Source: Lytechinus pictus | Taxonomy: Eukaryota | Reading direction: 5' to 3' | NCBI RefSeq assembly: GCF_037042905.1 | Contig: NC_087245.1 | Coordinates: 7,566,001 to 7,630,000, forward strand | DNA length: 64,000 nucleotides | In this document: positions 1 through 12,037 of the stretch, piece by piece | Numbering within the stretch: the stretch's first letter is position 1 | Layout: the number at the start of each line of letters is the position of its first letter | Notes under the pieces: model-generated | What the model saw: the letters and a program-made list of their open reading frames with translations, nothing else | Databases searched by the model: none | What the model was told of the DNA's origin: nothing | Made by a program: the position numbers and the translations under genes

Positions 1-1227
1 TAATACGCATATCACAATGGCATGAATGGCTCAGAATACCCGCATTCAAATTCTCAGGTCATGCGCTTAAAACCCCGGGCTTAAAACACGACAAATGTTG
101 TCAAGGGTCTATGAATACGAATAGAAGAAGTTTCGAGATAGAACCTCTTTGGTCTCGCCCTGTATATAACATTGAAAACCAGTTTGGTATAATAACAATA
201 CTTTCTCTTGTTTAGGCTTGGCGAACAAAAAGCAAGGTGCACCTTCGTAGGATTGTTATGAAGCAAGGCATGAATTTATAGTTACTGCCAAACAAAGGTG
301 TTACGTAATGTGAATGATTTTTTTAAAAGTATTTTTACAAGTATATGTAACAAGCAATAGGTTGGGATTTAGCTTGGATTTCTACTTCCTGTGGAGTTCA
401 TTTCCATAAGCATTGTAGGCCTACATGTTATGAACGTAGTCAATTTCAAGCGGCAGTTATCCAATTTGAAAAGTCAATGGAATAAACGAAAAATATATCT
501 GGAGATTCAACAATACTTCTAAGAGTTTTACCGAACATTGCTAGTAAGACATCTTAAAGACTGTACTTACTTGACTTACATTTAACCCAAGATACCAACA
601 ACAACAACAACAACAGCGTGGTGCATCCGCTGACCTCCTCGCCCAGTAATTCTTTCACAAGTAACTCTTTGGGAATTTACTTTGGATTAATTAAATCGGC
701 CATAATAAGCTAGTTCACAGTTAAGTCATTCCTGTGATGACCTCGAGTTTATAAATTTCCACAGATGATTCAAATTAAACAGAAAATTCCATATTTTGGC
801 ATATAATCTCTGCGTAAACTGTGAAAGAGATTATGTTTCTTGAGTATAGCGTATACATGTATTTTCTTCTTGAACAATTAATTGAATAAATCATTCTTAC
901 ATTGGGGTATCATGGAAGCCACCTTGAGTAAAAAACATCGTATTCTTACATGTCTGGCTTGGCAATAATTCCAATTCATGTATAATTATCTTCTCATGAG
1001 GGAGTTCAGATTTCAATATTAAGCCTCAGTGTTTGGATTTCATTTCACAAATTGTACTATGTCAATCAATCCTCTGGCATTTTTTAGGTCAGTTAGTTCG
1101 GTCTGCAATAATCTTTATCTTTACATTTTCATAATTTATTTGTAAATTGCCTTACTTTGGGAAAGATCTCATCAGATATCAGACATTCTTGCATAAAGGT
1201 CTTTACTGAAATCATTGGATAATCCTG

Positions 1228-1296
1228 AAGATTTGGAGTCTATAAATACTGTGCGCAAGTACTACTTACGCACAGTATTTATAGACTCCGAATCTT
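1228..1296. repeat. 69-bp near-perfect palindrome (34-bp arms, 2 mismatches)
   Basis: AAGATTTGGAGTCTATAAATACTGTGCGCAAGTA c TACTTACGCACAGTATTTATAGACTCCGAATCTT. Confidence 0.9.
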
Positions 1297-1987
1297 AGTA
1301 GGCAAACCAAGCATGAACTCTATGCTATCCAACAGTAGAGTATGGAACAGCAACCCCTCAGCGTTTTATGGATACCTATACCTCAAGTTGGCTCACCTTG
1401 TCTGATCGAGCAGTTTCCTTTCACGGCACCCATTTTACCAAAACTCGAAAAAATATCAATATCTTTATTAAATGCCTTGTTCAATGGCGCAGTCGGGGAT
1501 CGAACCCCAGAATTACATGTGTCTAGTCAGGAGTCCTATATAGTCTACTCTACCAACATGACTTCTATATCAGGCCCTACAACATGTACAATTCAGACGT
1601 ACACTTAGGGTAGACCTATAACGACAAAAGCGGATAAAAGTATCTCGGATGAGTTGCTATTTATTGTTACAGACAAAAAATATTCTGAAATATAGTTTTA
1701 TGTCATGTGTTCTATACGCCCTGGATACTACCACACCAATTCATTAAATAGTGGATTGAAGCTATATCAACACAAGACAAAATCCCAGATACCGCCCTCT
1801 ATGATTTTACACGTAGTGGGAAATTACAGAGAACCGTGGAATTATGTCGAAAAGCAATCGACAAAAACAGTGGACAATTTGCACTTCCAGGGTTTTCCCA
1901 TTTTATTCCATTTCCGTTTTATTTATTCATTTAGTTATTCATGTATTTATTTATCTAGTTCTTTTCTTTCTTTCTACGTTCCCCTAC

Positions 1988-2036
<49 letters not shown>

Positions 2037-2040
<4 letters not shown>

Positions 2041-4127
2041 ACAAAAAAAGTAAGTCCCCCCTAAATCAAATTGCTGTAACTTTTGAACAGAATTATTTTG
2101 ATATATGATATTTCGTAGGTGGTTTTCTACACTCATTAAGCAACTCCTAAGAAAAGATGAGATTGATCGGTTGAGTCATGCATGAGAAATTAAAGATTGA
2201 ATTAAAAATGACCATTTTTGAAAGTCACAAGAGTCGTTTTTCAGATTGTGCAAATACAATGTTGGGCAAAAGTTGTTGTTAGGTGAATTTTATGGTGTTA
2301 ATGCTGTTTTATATCCATCATTTAGCCACTCCAAACACAATTTTGATATCGTATGTTCATGGTTGATTGAGCACAATATTGCAGGGGTCGCAGAAGCGGG
2401 TGGGGGGGGGGGCGGGGGGCCCCACTTTTTTCCAAAAACATTTGCAAAAATGTAAAAATGATTACGATTGTGATTTTTTGCATGGTCAGCCCCCCCCCCC
2501 CCCCCTTTGGCTAAGTCCCTCCCCCACACTTTGAAAACCGTTCCGCGGCCCTTGTATTGTGACGTATCATCATAGGAGTTTTTGGCAGTATCCTCTACAA
2601 CTTGTTAGGTCATATTAAAATTTGAAAATGTTGGTGTCTCCCCAGATTATACGCCCCTCCCCCATTTTTAAATTCTGGATCCACCCCTGATTTGTCCATA
2701 AATTAAACTGATCATGAGAAATTGTTAGGAAAAGAATACATTTATGCAGTAAAAAGAGTATTTATTCCTAAGTTTTCGAATGTGCTCGCTCAACCATGAA
2801 AATGTTAAAAGTTCGGAAAGTGTGTGGTGATAGAAATGATAGATGATAAAAACAACAGCAATTAAAGTCACATTTGAAACCGAATTCGCCCCCAATATTC
2901 ACCTTATTACCCTTTAAAATGAGTCTGTGACATTGAAAATACCCATTTTCCCACTTTGATGCGTGCTCACTCATCCATGAAAAAACAAATCGATTTCATT
3001 TTTGCACAGAATTCTGCCCATAGGTTGATAAACATGACTCCCAAATGACATTGCTAAAGACAGCCTTGATAAAAAGTTCCACCATATTGAATAAGGGGTT
3101 ACTTATTCTTAAACATATGCACCCATAATGTACACAAGTCTATGAGAGAGGAAGTCAAAATTTTAACAAATATGAAATAAGGGTTTGTTTCATGGACGGT
3201 TTTTGTTACTTCTGCCAACAGTTATTTCATGAAACTTTGCACATGGCTTCAGAGTAACACTATCCAAAAGGCGCGCACACCAAAATAACAATTCGATACG
3301 GCCCAGAGTGGGGCCAAGGCCTTGAACTTTCTTCTCATTTGCATAATTTTCGAATAGTGTGTGCTCACTGATGCATTAAACGTCGGGATTTTCATAAAAA
3401 TCAAATCAAATGAACCATGCAAGGAGGTTTGTGACAGATATCCATATTTACAAATGGCATTTTTTCCAATAACGTAAAAAAGAGCTAATCACATTCCACA
3501 TGTTCATTCAAGCGTGAATGTTTAATTAAACGCCTTTGAATCATTGAAGCATGTTAATTGGTCATGAACATAACGAAAAACTTTATAAAGGATCAGTTTC
3601 AGTTACCAAAATGAAACAATACTTGCCTATGATATTTGAAAATCGCATTTTTTTGTTTTCAATAAATGTTCATTGAACCGTGAAACGATGAATATTGTTG
3701 AAGATACTCTTCCCAAAAATAACTGTCATCATATTCTATCATTTTATTGATAAAAATGTGTAAAAAATCCAATTGTGGCAAATTTGGACTTGTGTTTATT
3801 CAACCGTGAAATTTAGCCAAAAAATTGTATCGTCTTTTAGAAAGTACCTTTTACAAGCCTTCTGACTATTTTTCATGATGAGAATGTGGAATCAGTTCCA
3901 ATAAAATGGAATCAAAGTCATGATATTTGGCTTGTGACTTTTGAAAAGTGACATTTTTGCCTTCTGACGGTGCTCACTGAAGCATGACGTAAAATACGTC
4001 CATAACATTTACTCAGATGGTAGCTTATAAAATTACCTACACGCTCATGTAAAAATATATCAAAAACTCGCATTGGTTCGGAAATTATTGATGTTTGTTC
4101 AAGGGGGGACTTACTTTTTTTGTTGTG
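2037..4127. mobile_element. 2.1-kb non-autonomous TIR element inserted in (TA)n (Tc1/mariner-like)
   Basis: Perfect 26-bp TIR CACAACAAAAAAAGTAAGTCCCCCCT; TA on both sides; no coding capacity; nested G/C-tract MITE at about 2382-2553. Confidence 0.85.
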
Positions 4128-4385
4128 TATATATAGGGATGGGAGGGGACCTGGCATTGTACGCACTGCCACACCCCCCCCCCCTCCGCCACTGGTGAAT
4201 CCCTGATCCTAACAGGGGGCTCAAAGTACAATCATGATATACCGAACAAAAATAATGTGTTCATTGACATATAGCAACGAACCTGTCTAATCGCATAGCC
4301 ACTAATTGAAAGTGGCTTTTACTTTGGAAGCCCCCATGACATGGCCTTCATAAGCTGGAGTGATCTGAAATCTGATACATCTACC

Positions 4386-4609
4386 CATTGGCGGCGGAAG
4401 CCAAGAAATTTAGGGGGGACCACCAAAATTTTTTGACAAGCCAAAAAAAAAGGTTATATATCAACCAAAATTTTAGGGGGACCGACAAAAAAATTTGACA
4501 AGCAAAAAAAAAAAAAAAAAAAAAGTCATCAACGAAAAATTAAGGGGGGGGGATCGCCCCCCACCTCAAATTTAGGGGGGGACACGTCCCCCCGCTTCCG
4601 CCGCCTATG
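4386..4609. mobile_element. hAT-type MITE
   Basis: TIR CATTGGCGGCGGAAGC / GCTTCCGCCGCCTATG; exact 8-bp TSD CATCTACC. Confidence 0.9.
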
Positions 4610-4974
4610 CATCTACCGGACCAAACTTTTCTGCTTGTTATTACAATATTATGTCTGTTGTTGTGGTTTGAATTGTGCCTTCGTTATGAAAACCGAATAG
4701 AATAGGTTTTTCATATAGCTTAAATAGTTATTGTTCAAGCCAATGAAAAATTCAACATGTCTTTTCTTTGTCATTCATCAGTGTTTGCTAATTTCGGACT
4801 TGACAATTTACTGCCGTTTGCCACCGTACAGAATAGTAAACGAATTCCCCCGGATGAATATTGTCTTCAGGCAGCGATTAACATTTCCTTGGAAAGTAGA
4901 GCATTTCGTGACACTTGTAGTCAGATCCGACAACTTTCTTAGATTTTGATCGGTTGATTATGACTGTTATGTCC

Positions 4975-5175
4975 GCCTCACAACCGGGAGGTCGGGGGTT
5001 CAAACCCCGGCCGCGTCAGACCAAAAGACGTTAAAAGATGGGAGTTGCTGCTACCCTGTTTGGCGTTCAACGATTAAAGGGATAGAGCCTCGTCGATCTG
5101 GCGCTGGACAGGAGCTGCCGGGCCCACGATCAATTGGGCAAAATGAATTTTCGGAGTATTTCATTTCATGTCTAT
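4975..5175 (+). mobile_element. tRNA-derived SINE, 5'-truncated
   Basis: B-box GGTTCAAACCCC with T-arm pairing, followed by a SINE-like body and (ATTTC)n tail. Confidence 0.65.
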
Positions 5176-5306
5176 AGTCCTTTTATGAAACGCTCCCATG
5201 GCGAGCAGGTGCTCTTTAGAAATTTTTAAGGTACATTTAGAGCAAACATTCTGGAGAGTACGGTGACAATAGGCGACAAGTTACCGATCCCACACCTGCT
5301 CCACCT

Positions 5307-6062
5307 CCCGGGGGGGGGGGGGGGGGGCACTCAGTATATAATGCATAGTGGGTATGTGCCGCGGAGGGGACCCCCATTTTCACACTCAAATTTCCGTTCC
5401 AAGGCATAGCATTTTTGTCTTATTGAGAAAAAGAACAAAGAAAGCCGCTCCAAAGCATAGCATTTTCTTCATATCGAGAAAAAAGAAGAAAGATATCCGC
5501 TCCAAAGCTTCGCATATTTTCCGTTACGCCGTTCCGGTCGCATTGATCTGCTTCGATGAGCCGCAATTTTGGTGAAAAGCGGCCGGAGAGCGATGTCCGA
5601 CCATCGCATCTGCGCTAGCGCAGCCGGCGCCCGTGCGCCGTGCTAGCTGCATGCATGTTAGTCCTTTGCCAGGACTGTTCTACTTTTCAGTTGATCAATA
5701 ACACAATCCTCGACCTCTACGCCCGAAATGAAAACAGCCACACGATTTTGAGGGGCGTGAAAGAGGGGATAGCGCGATCACTGGAGATGGCGCGCAGGGG
5801 AGAATAAAGGAAGGGGAGAGAAATAACAAGTACACCGACGTCTAGAATCTAGACTACATGCATGTATGCCCGTTCCATTGGGATGCACACGCAGGCGACC
5901 CGTTCCAAGGACCCCCGTTTTCACAAACATTTGTAGTTCCGAAGCCCGTTCCGAGGACCCTCCTTTTTACAATAAGCCCGCTCCAAGGCCCCCGTTTTTT
6001 GTCTCGCCCGCGGCACACCCCCACCACATTTTTGGTCGAGTGCCCCTCCCCCCCCCCCCGGG
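5307..6062. mobile_element. 756-bp non-autonomous hAT-type element just upstream of ADA
   Basis: Termini CCCGGG(G)n...GCACTC inverted; exact 8-bp TSD CTCCACCT (5299-5306, 6063-6070). Confidence 0.9.
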
Positions 6063-6354
6063 CTCCACCTCCCTGTTATGAACTTGTACTAAGCCTACTA
6101 GCTGGCCTTTCACATTGTATAGTCATATGTAGTCATATATAATATAGGAAGTTTAAACAGTACGTGGTAGGGCATCTTATAATTGACCTTTGAGCAGAGC
6201 CGCTGCTGTAAGACTAAAAGATCTCAGTCTACATGTGGGAATGCGTTACTAAAACATTGCCATCCATGATTGTGTGCATTACTCAGTGTAGAAGAGCTTG
6301 ATGAGTGCAAGACTGAATACTGGGATCTGTGATAATTAATATCTTAGTAAGGAC

Positions 6355-6393
6355 ATGGCACAATCAACATTCACAGATAGAACATTTCCAAAG
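6355..6393 (+). CDS. ADA: ADA exon 1 (MAQSTFTDRTFPK)
   Basis: ATG...CCA AAG|gtaggt; resembles the vertebrate ADA N-terminus (MAQ...PK); phase 0 matches exon 2. Confidence 0.85.
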
Positions 6394-9300
6394 GTAGGTT
6401 AGCCTATACATTATATCGTGACTTGCGTTGAATATTATCCATCCTGCTTGGAGTCCGTCAGGGTATACTCCGTTCAGGGACCTTCAAGGTTTCGCAACCT
6501 TTAGCCCATAGACACGGAATCTTTTCTCACTCAACTTCGCGTTCTCCTTTTATAAGATTGGCTTTCCAAAGAATAAGCGAGCAAATCAATGAAGCGCTTT
6601 GCGCCCGCTTTGCGGTATGCGGTTCATCTGGCTAATCATTTTTTTTTTCGGAAGGGGGGGGGGGCAAGATTTGTCCCAACTGAAGAGCAAAAGTAGCTAC
6701 CATTAGAAATAATAATTGTATTATTATTATTATTATTATCATCATTATTATTTATTGTTATTATTATTATTATCATCATTATCATTATTTTTTTTACTAT
6801 TATTAGTATTACTAATAATATGCTAACACGTTGCAGCTACTATACTCAAGACACCCGCCACCAATATGAACTTTAAAACTCACAAATCTCTTGCTTAGTG
6901 ATGAATTCTCATCAAACCTATGCACCAATATTCTGGGTTTTTTTTTCTTTTAATTATTAAAACCCATTTATCTAGTGGTTTGAAATTATTATTCAGTGAA
7001 TGCTTAAAGTGTTCTCTGTCGAACAGACAGTGGTGTCAAACTATAACAACATTTATGTTGGCAAATAAAAAAGTCACTTGGACAGTTGTAGTGGCAGATA
7101 ACCGCGTCTGAAGTACAGTACAACTGTTTACTCCTCCTATTCAACGTTGCCATATCTCTATCATACCTCGTTCATGTCGTTATTATAATCACTTGCTGAA
7201 TAACGTTCTTCTTCATGCATGGACCATGGATGCATGGACAATGTCACCATGCATTCAACATGACTTTCACTCAAGACATGTTGATCTTAATATCAAATAT
7301 CACGATTTTTTCAACCTTTTTATTTATTCATAATTATTTTTTAAATCAACGTGACTCTTTCAAAACTAGTTCTCAACTAGAGCCGCTTTAAAAGGATTGT
7401 TATCTGTTGCTAAATGACACGTTATTAGCAATCATTATCACAATGGTTATTTCCTGGTTTAGAAGGTTTAAAGTGTACTGCAATCATTCTGTGTTAAATC
7501 TGGGAGGACATAAATGTATTCTAAGGTGGTAGCGATACTATGATGCTAATTATTGCTATCAAAGGGTCAATTTTTTTCGAAATCAGTAAGCCCAACGTTA
7601 TCATACACTTATAAATTGGTTAAACGCACATGATGCAGTTATGTGAGTCAGGGAGTTGAGAGGAAACTCAATGGCCCTTATTCTGAAGTCAGGTTTAACT
7701 TAGAACAGCTAACTCTGTGCTAAAATTATAGGGAGCCAGAATTTCAAGAATTATGTTTATAATGTATATTTTTTATGTTTACTATTTAATGTCCTTTTGC
7801 TTTCACAATGAAGAAAAATACTTCAGTTATAATTCCCAGACAATTATGAACAATTTTGCTGTCACATGAGTTAGTTATTTGAATGACACTGTAAGGGATT
7901 TGTGCTCCAATTGACTCTCCATATTTAAACCACAACTTTAAACCCAAGTTCAGAATAAGGGCCCATGTGTGAATAATCTTTGATATCTCCGAACTATCGT
8001 ACTGGCGGGGTCACCAATGTGGCGCGGTACCACTCACCGCCCCCCCCCCCACACACACCTTTGCATTTACTATTCCCGTTCATGCCCCTGCCCTTATCCT
8101 AAATCCACCTCTGCTTATGGGGAGTGAGTGTTCTAAAGGCATGTTCACTACCATTTCCTAAGACAATGACTGAGGGAAAATGTAAACCGAAAACAAAGAC
8201 TGGTGAAGATCTTAATTGAGTGCCTCAGAGTTTATCCATCAAGATTTCCTGCATCGTTGTTTGTCTAGTCACATCTATCTTTCTATTCACCTTTAACGGT
8301 TGATTCTCTGTAAATATAGGAAGGTGCGCTCTTTGGGCGAAGGGTGGATTGAGCAATAGGGAAAATAGACTAAAGTTCACATTTCACTTATTCATGTATT
8401 CTTCTTTTTATGACAGAGAGAAACTCAGAGATCAAAGGGGGGGGGACGGTCCCCTTTATTTTGCCTCAAAATATGATACGGGTTTAAGAGCAAAGGTGAA
8501 AGCGAGGGCACGCTGAATAATTTGAAAGGATTTTTTTGCGATGCGACTCCCTATTTATGAGAGTATAAAGAGTTAAGGTAACCGTATATTGTTTGGTTGA
8601 ATATCGACATATCAGAGAGGATAAAGAGGTGGAGCATATTAACCGTTATGACTGTAGGAAAGAACGAGTGTTAGGGTTAGATAAACTTCGAATAAGCAAT
8701 GAATGTTTGGGCCTATCTTCTATGGTTTCCTATACACTCTTAAAATGTTGGGAAACATACTGTTAAAACAATAATTTGTTAAAATTTTATCAAATTCTGG
8801 TGGGTGTTTCATAAGGCTGTTCGTAAGATAAGAACGACTTAAAGAACGACTGGTGATCTTTTCTTTTGGTAAATGGTATACACCATAGGCGATGGTTTAG
8901 CTCGTAAGAAATGATCACCAGTCGTTCTTAAAGTCGCTCTTAACTTACGAACAGCTTTTTGAAACGGCCCCTGGGTAGTTTTAAACCAATAATATATACC
9001 CAGAGTTGGATAAATAAAAAAATTAACCAATTGTTGTGTGGACAGTATGTTGCCCAAAATTTTAAGAGTGTAGACCTAAAGAATCGATTATTGCAATTAA
9101 ACCATCAGAGTTCCAAGGAGACGGTTTTACAATTTGTGAGAGACACAATGAGGATTGATGCCTTGCCAAAGGATGCTTTTTGTCGATTTGATCTTGAACC
9201 TGGCTCGAAACCACTTACAATGTCAGATGAGCTGTTCCAATCCCATTTTTTCAAATCAATGTGGACATACATTATTTTTATGCCATTTAACATTTCATGA

Positions 9301-12002
9301 CTTTGGCAGGCCTTACCAAGGCATAATTCAATGTAATCTTAAGATATGAATTATCTGAATAATATAATATGTTAATTCCGCATTGTGAATTGTCGAGTTT
9401 ATTTTTTTGTGCACTTGCGTTTTCGTGTGTTTTCAAGAGAGATTATTCCCACTTCCTGGATATCATATTTTTAAAGGCAAGCAAGAGAAACATGTTATTT
9501 CCGAGCCAGATCATTGGGATGTCATGTGACTTGAAAACTTTCATGTTTTACCTTTGATCTGTGTAGCCAGTCGTACATGTTTCCTTGTTCATTTTTATGA
9601 TGTTGAATTTTTATTTTTTATTATCTATTTATTAATATTTCACCATGGTAACTCATTCAACAATAGTTGATCTTCCATGAGGCCCTGGATAACTATATAC
9701 AATTAAAAACAATGATGATAATACATATATACAATCATCAAGTCATAAGATATTGTTAAATACATATAAAGTAACAACAGCATTATATCAATTAATACAT
9801 ACAAAATGAATAGATCAGTATAGAAAAACAATTTCTGAAAGGGGATTGTTATGTTGATCGGCCTAGACAAGATTGAGGAAATGTCTTTTTACAGTTTGAA
9901 ATTATTTAGGTTGTAACATTCTTAATACTATGGGGAGACTATTCCATAGAACGCAGCCATCATAACATAAGCACTTTTATAATAATCTGTGTGAAATTTA
10001 ACTCAAACTAAATCATGATGAGCACTTTGTCGAGTATTTACATTATAAACTTTAGACATTTTTTTGAAAACATTTTTGAAACAATCTGCTGAAAAGTCAT
10101 TAAGACATTTATAAAAAAATATATATACACAATATACACCTTAAATATTCTACTCTTTTCTTAAAAGGCATCCATCTGACGAGAAAAAAAAATATTAGAG
10201 GGGGTGTATATATTACAGTTCAAAATAAGCCTTGCTGCCCTCTTTTGCAATTTAGTCAACTTATCAATTTGACCTAAATACAAATTCCCCAAATTTCACA
10301 ACGGTAATCCGTTTGTGTTTGAATAAAACTTCATTGATGATTCATCAACTTTTGATGTGACTCTTATATGATCATGACAAGTCATTCAAATACTTTTCTA
10401 CATACACTGTAAAAAATAATATTGGGCATTTTTTTTTACCACCACGAGGGTAATTACCGGGGGTAATTATGTGGACAACCAATTTTGGGCAGTATTTTAC
10501 CTAATGCGGGAAGCATATTGTCCAGTAAGGTTAAAAAAATAAGCAGCAATTACTTTAGAATGGGAAAAATGTTCACCACACTGGATAAATAAAAATACCC
10601 AAAGAAATGCCCAATGATGGGCATTTAAAACTATTACACTTTTCAATAGCAATACTTTCATACTTTATAGAAATGAAAATATCTTTTAATACGCTAAGTC
10701 TTTTCTTACTGCCAATGATCATATATTTAGTTTTATCAACACTTAAACACAGCTTATTTTACCTATCCACATAGCGATATCATCAAAGTCATTCTGAAGT
10801 TTTTCTTGAATTTCATAAATAGATGTAGCACTTACGTAGAGGGTATTATCATCAGCGTACACGAACGTAGCTATGGAAGAATGATCTTACATTGTCGATA
10901 TTAAAGGAGAATGAAACCCTTGAAACCAGCTGAATCCATATCAAAGAGAAAAATCAAAGAAACATATTGTTGAAAGTTTGAGGAAGATTGAATGAATAAT
11001 AAGAAAGTTATGAGCATTCGAATATTGAGATCACTAGTGCCATGTAGATCCTCCCAACGGCAATGCGACCAAGATCTGTGATATCACACACGTACAACTC
11101 CCTCATTACTTTAGTACTTATTTCACTTATATTCTCACTTTTATAGAGTCTATCACAAGGTGAGGTGTTCTCTTTATGAGATGACAAGTACAGAGGTTTC
11201 ACAACATTATATCATTGATGAATCGTTTGTCATATGATTAGAATGAGCAAAAAGAGATGTTTTGGGGTATATTTTCAGTGTCCAAATGGGAGAGTTGTAC
11301 GTGTGTGACATCACAGATCTTGGTCGCATTGCCAATGGGAGGATCTCCATAGCATTAGTGATCTCGACATTCAAATGCTCATAACTCTTTTATTGCTAGT
11401 CCTATTTTTCTCAAAGTTTTGTTGATCTTATTCTTTGATTTTTCTGCTTTCACAAAAGCTAACTTGCTCCAAGAGTTTCATTCTCCTTTAATTACCATAG
11501 GTTAAGAGTATATAATTTACGTGAATTTCGCACCCCCCCCCCCCAGCCGCCATTCCTCCACACAATCTATTATTTCAAAATATATTATATATATATATAT
11601 ATATTGTAAAGAAATGGATGAAGAGAACAATGGTAGGCGTAGCTTAAATCAAGGTTCCCCAGAGCTATCTACCCTTTGGAAAAATTGGTGATGCCGAAAA
11701 AATGTCTCTGCCGGGAATCGAACCCGGGCCCCCAGCTTTGAACGCCGGTGCCTTAACCACTAGACCACAGAGACGGGTTAGTGGCTAGGGCGACCCCGAT
11801 CCGATTGACCGTCAGATAGACAGATTTTCGACACTATACCAATTATAATTTCCTTTGTCGGGTGAAGGTGGGTTTCGAACAATGACAAGCCGCCATGCTT
11901 CAGCTGGATCAAAGCTATTGCTTTGATACAGTACACGTAAGGGAGAACGTATACAAATGTGTAAAGTTATACATGTACAACAGCTTTGGCAACTCTTTTA
12001 TT

Positions 12003-12037
<35 letters not shown>

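Larger units (their letters stand above)
11604..12005. mobile_element. About 400-bp insert bracketed by (TA)n tracts, containing the tRNA-like gene
   Basis: (TA)n at about 11581-11603 and 12006-12035; family not identified. Confidence 0.5.

Noticed and set aside
580..703. Minus-strand exon-like stretch (MADLINPK*...ELLVKELLGEEVSG...LLLLLLL) ending at a gtaagt donor
   Set aside because: In-frame stop, the Leu run comes from a (CAA)n microsatellite, and no homology recognised.
11703..11774. Selenocysteine tRNA
   Set aside because: Lacks the long variable arm, extended acceptor/T geometry and 6-bp D stem of tRNA-Sec.
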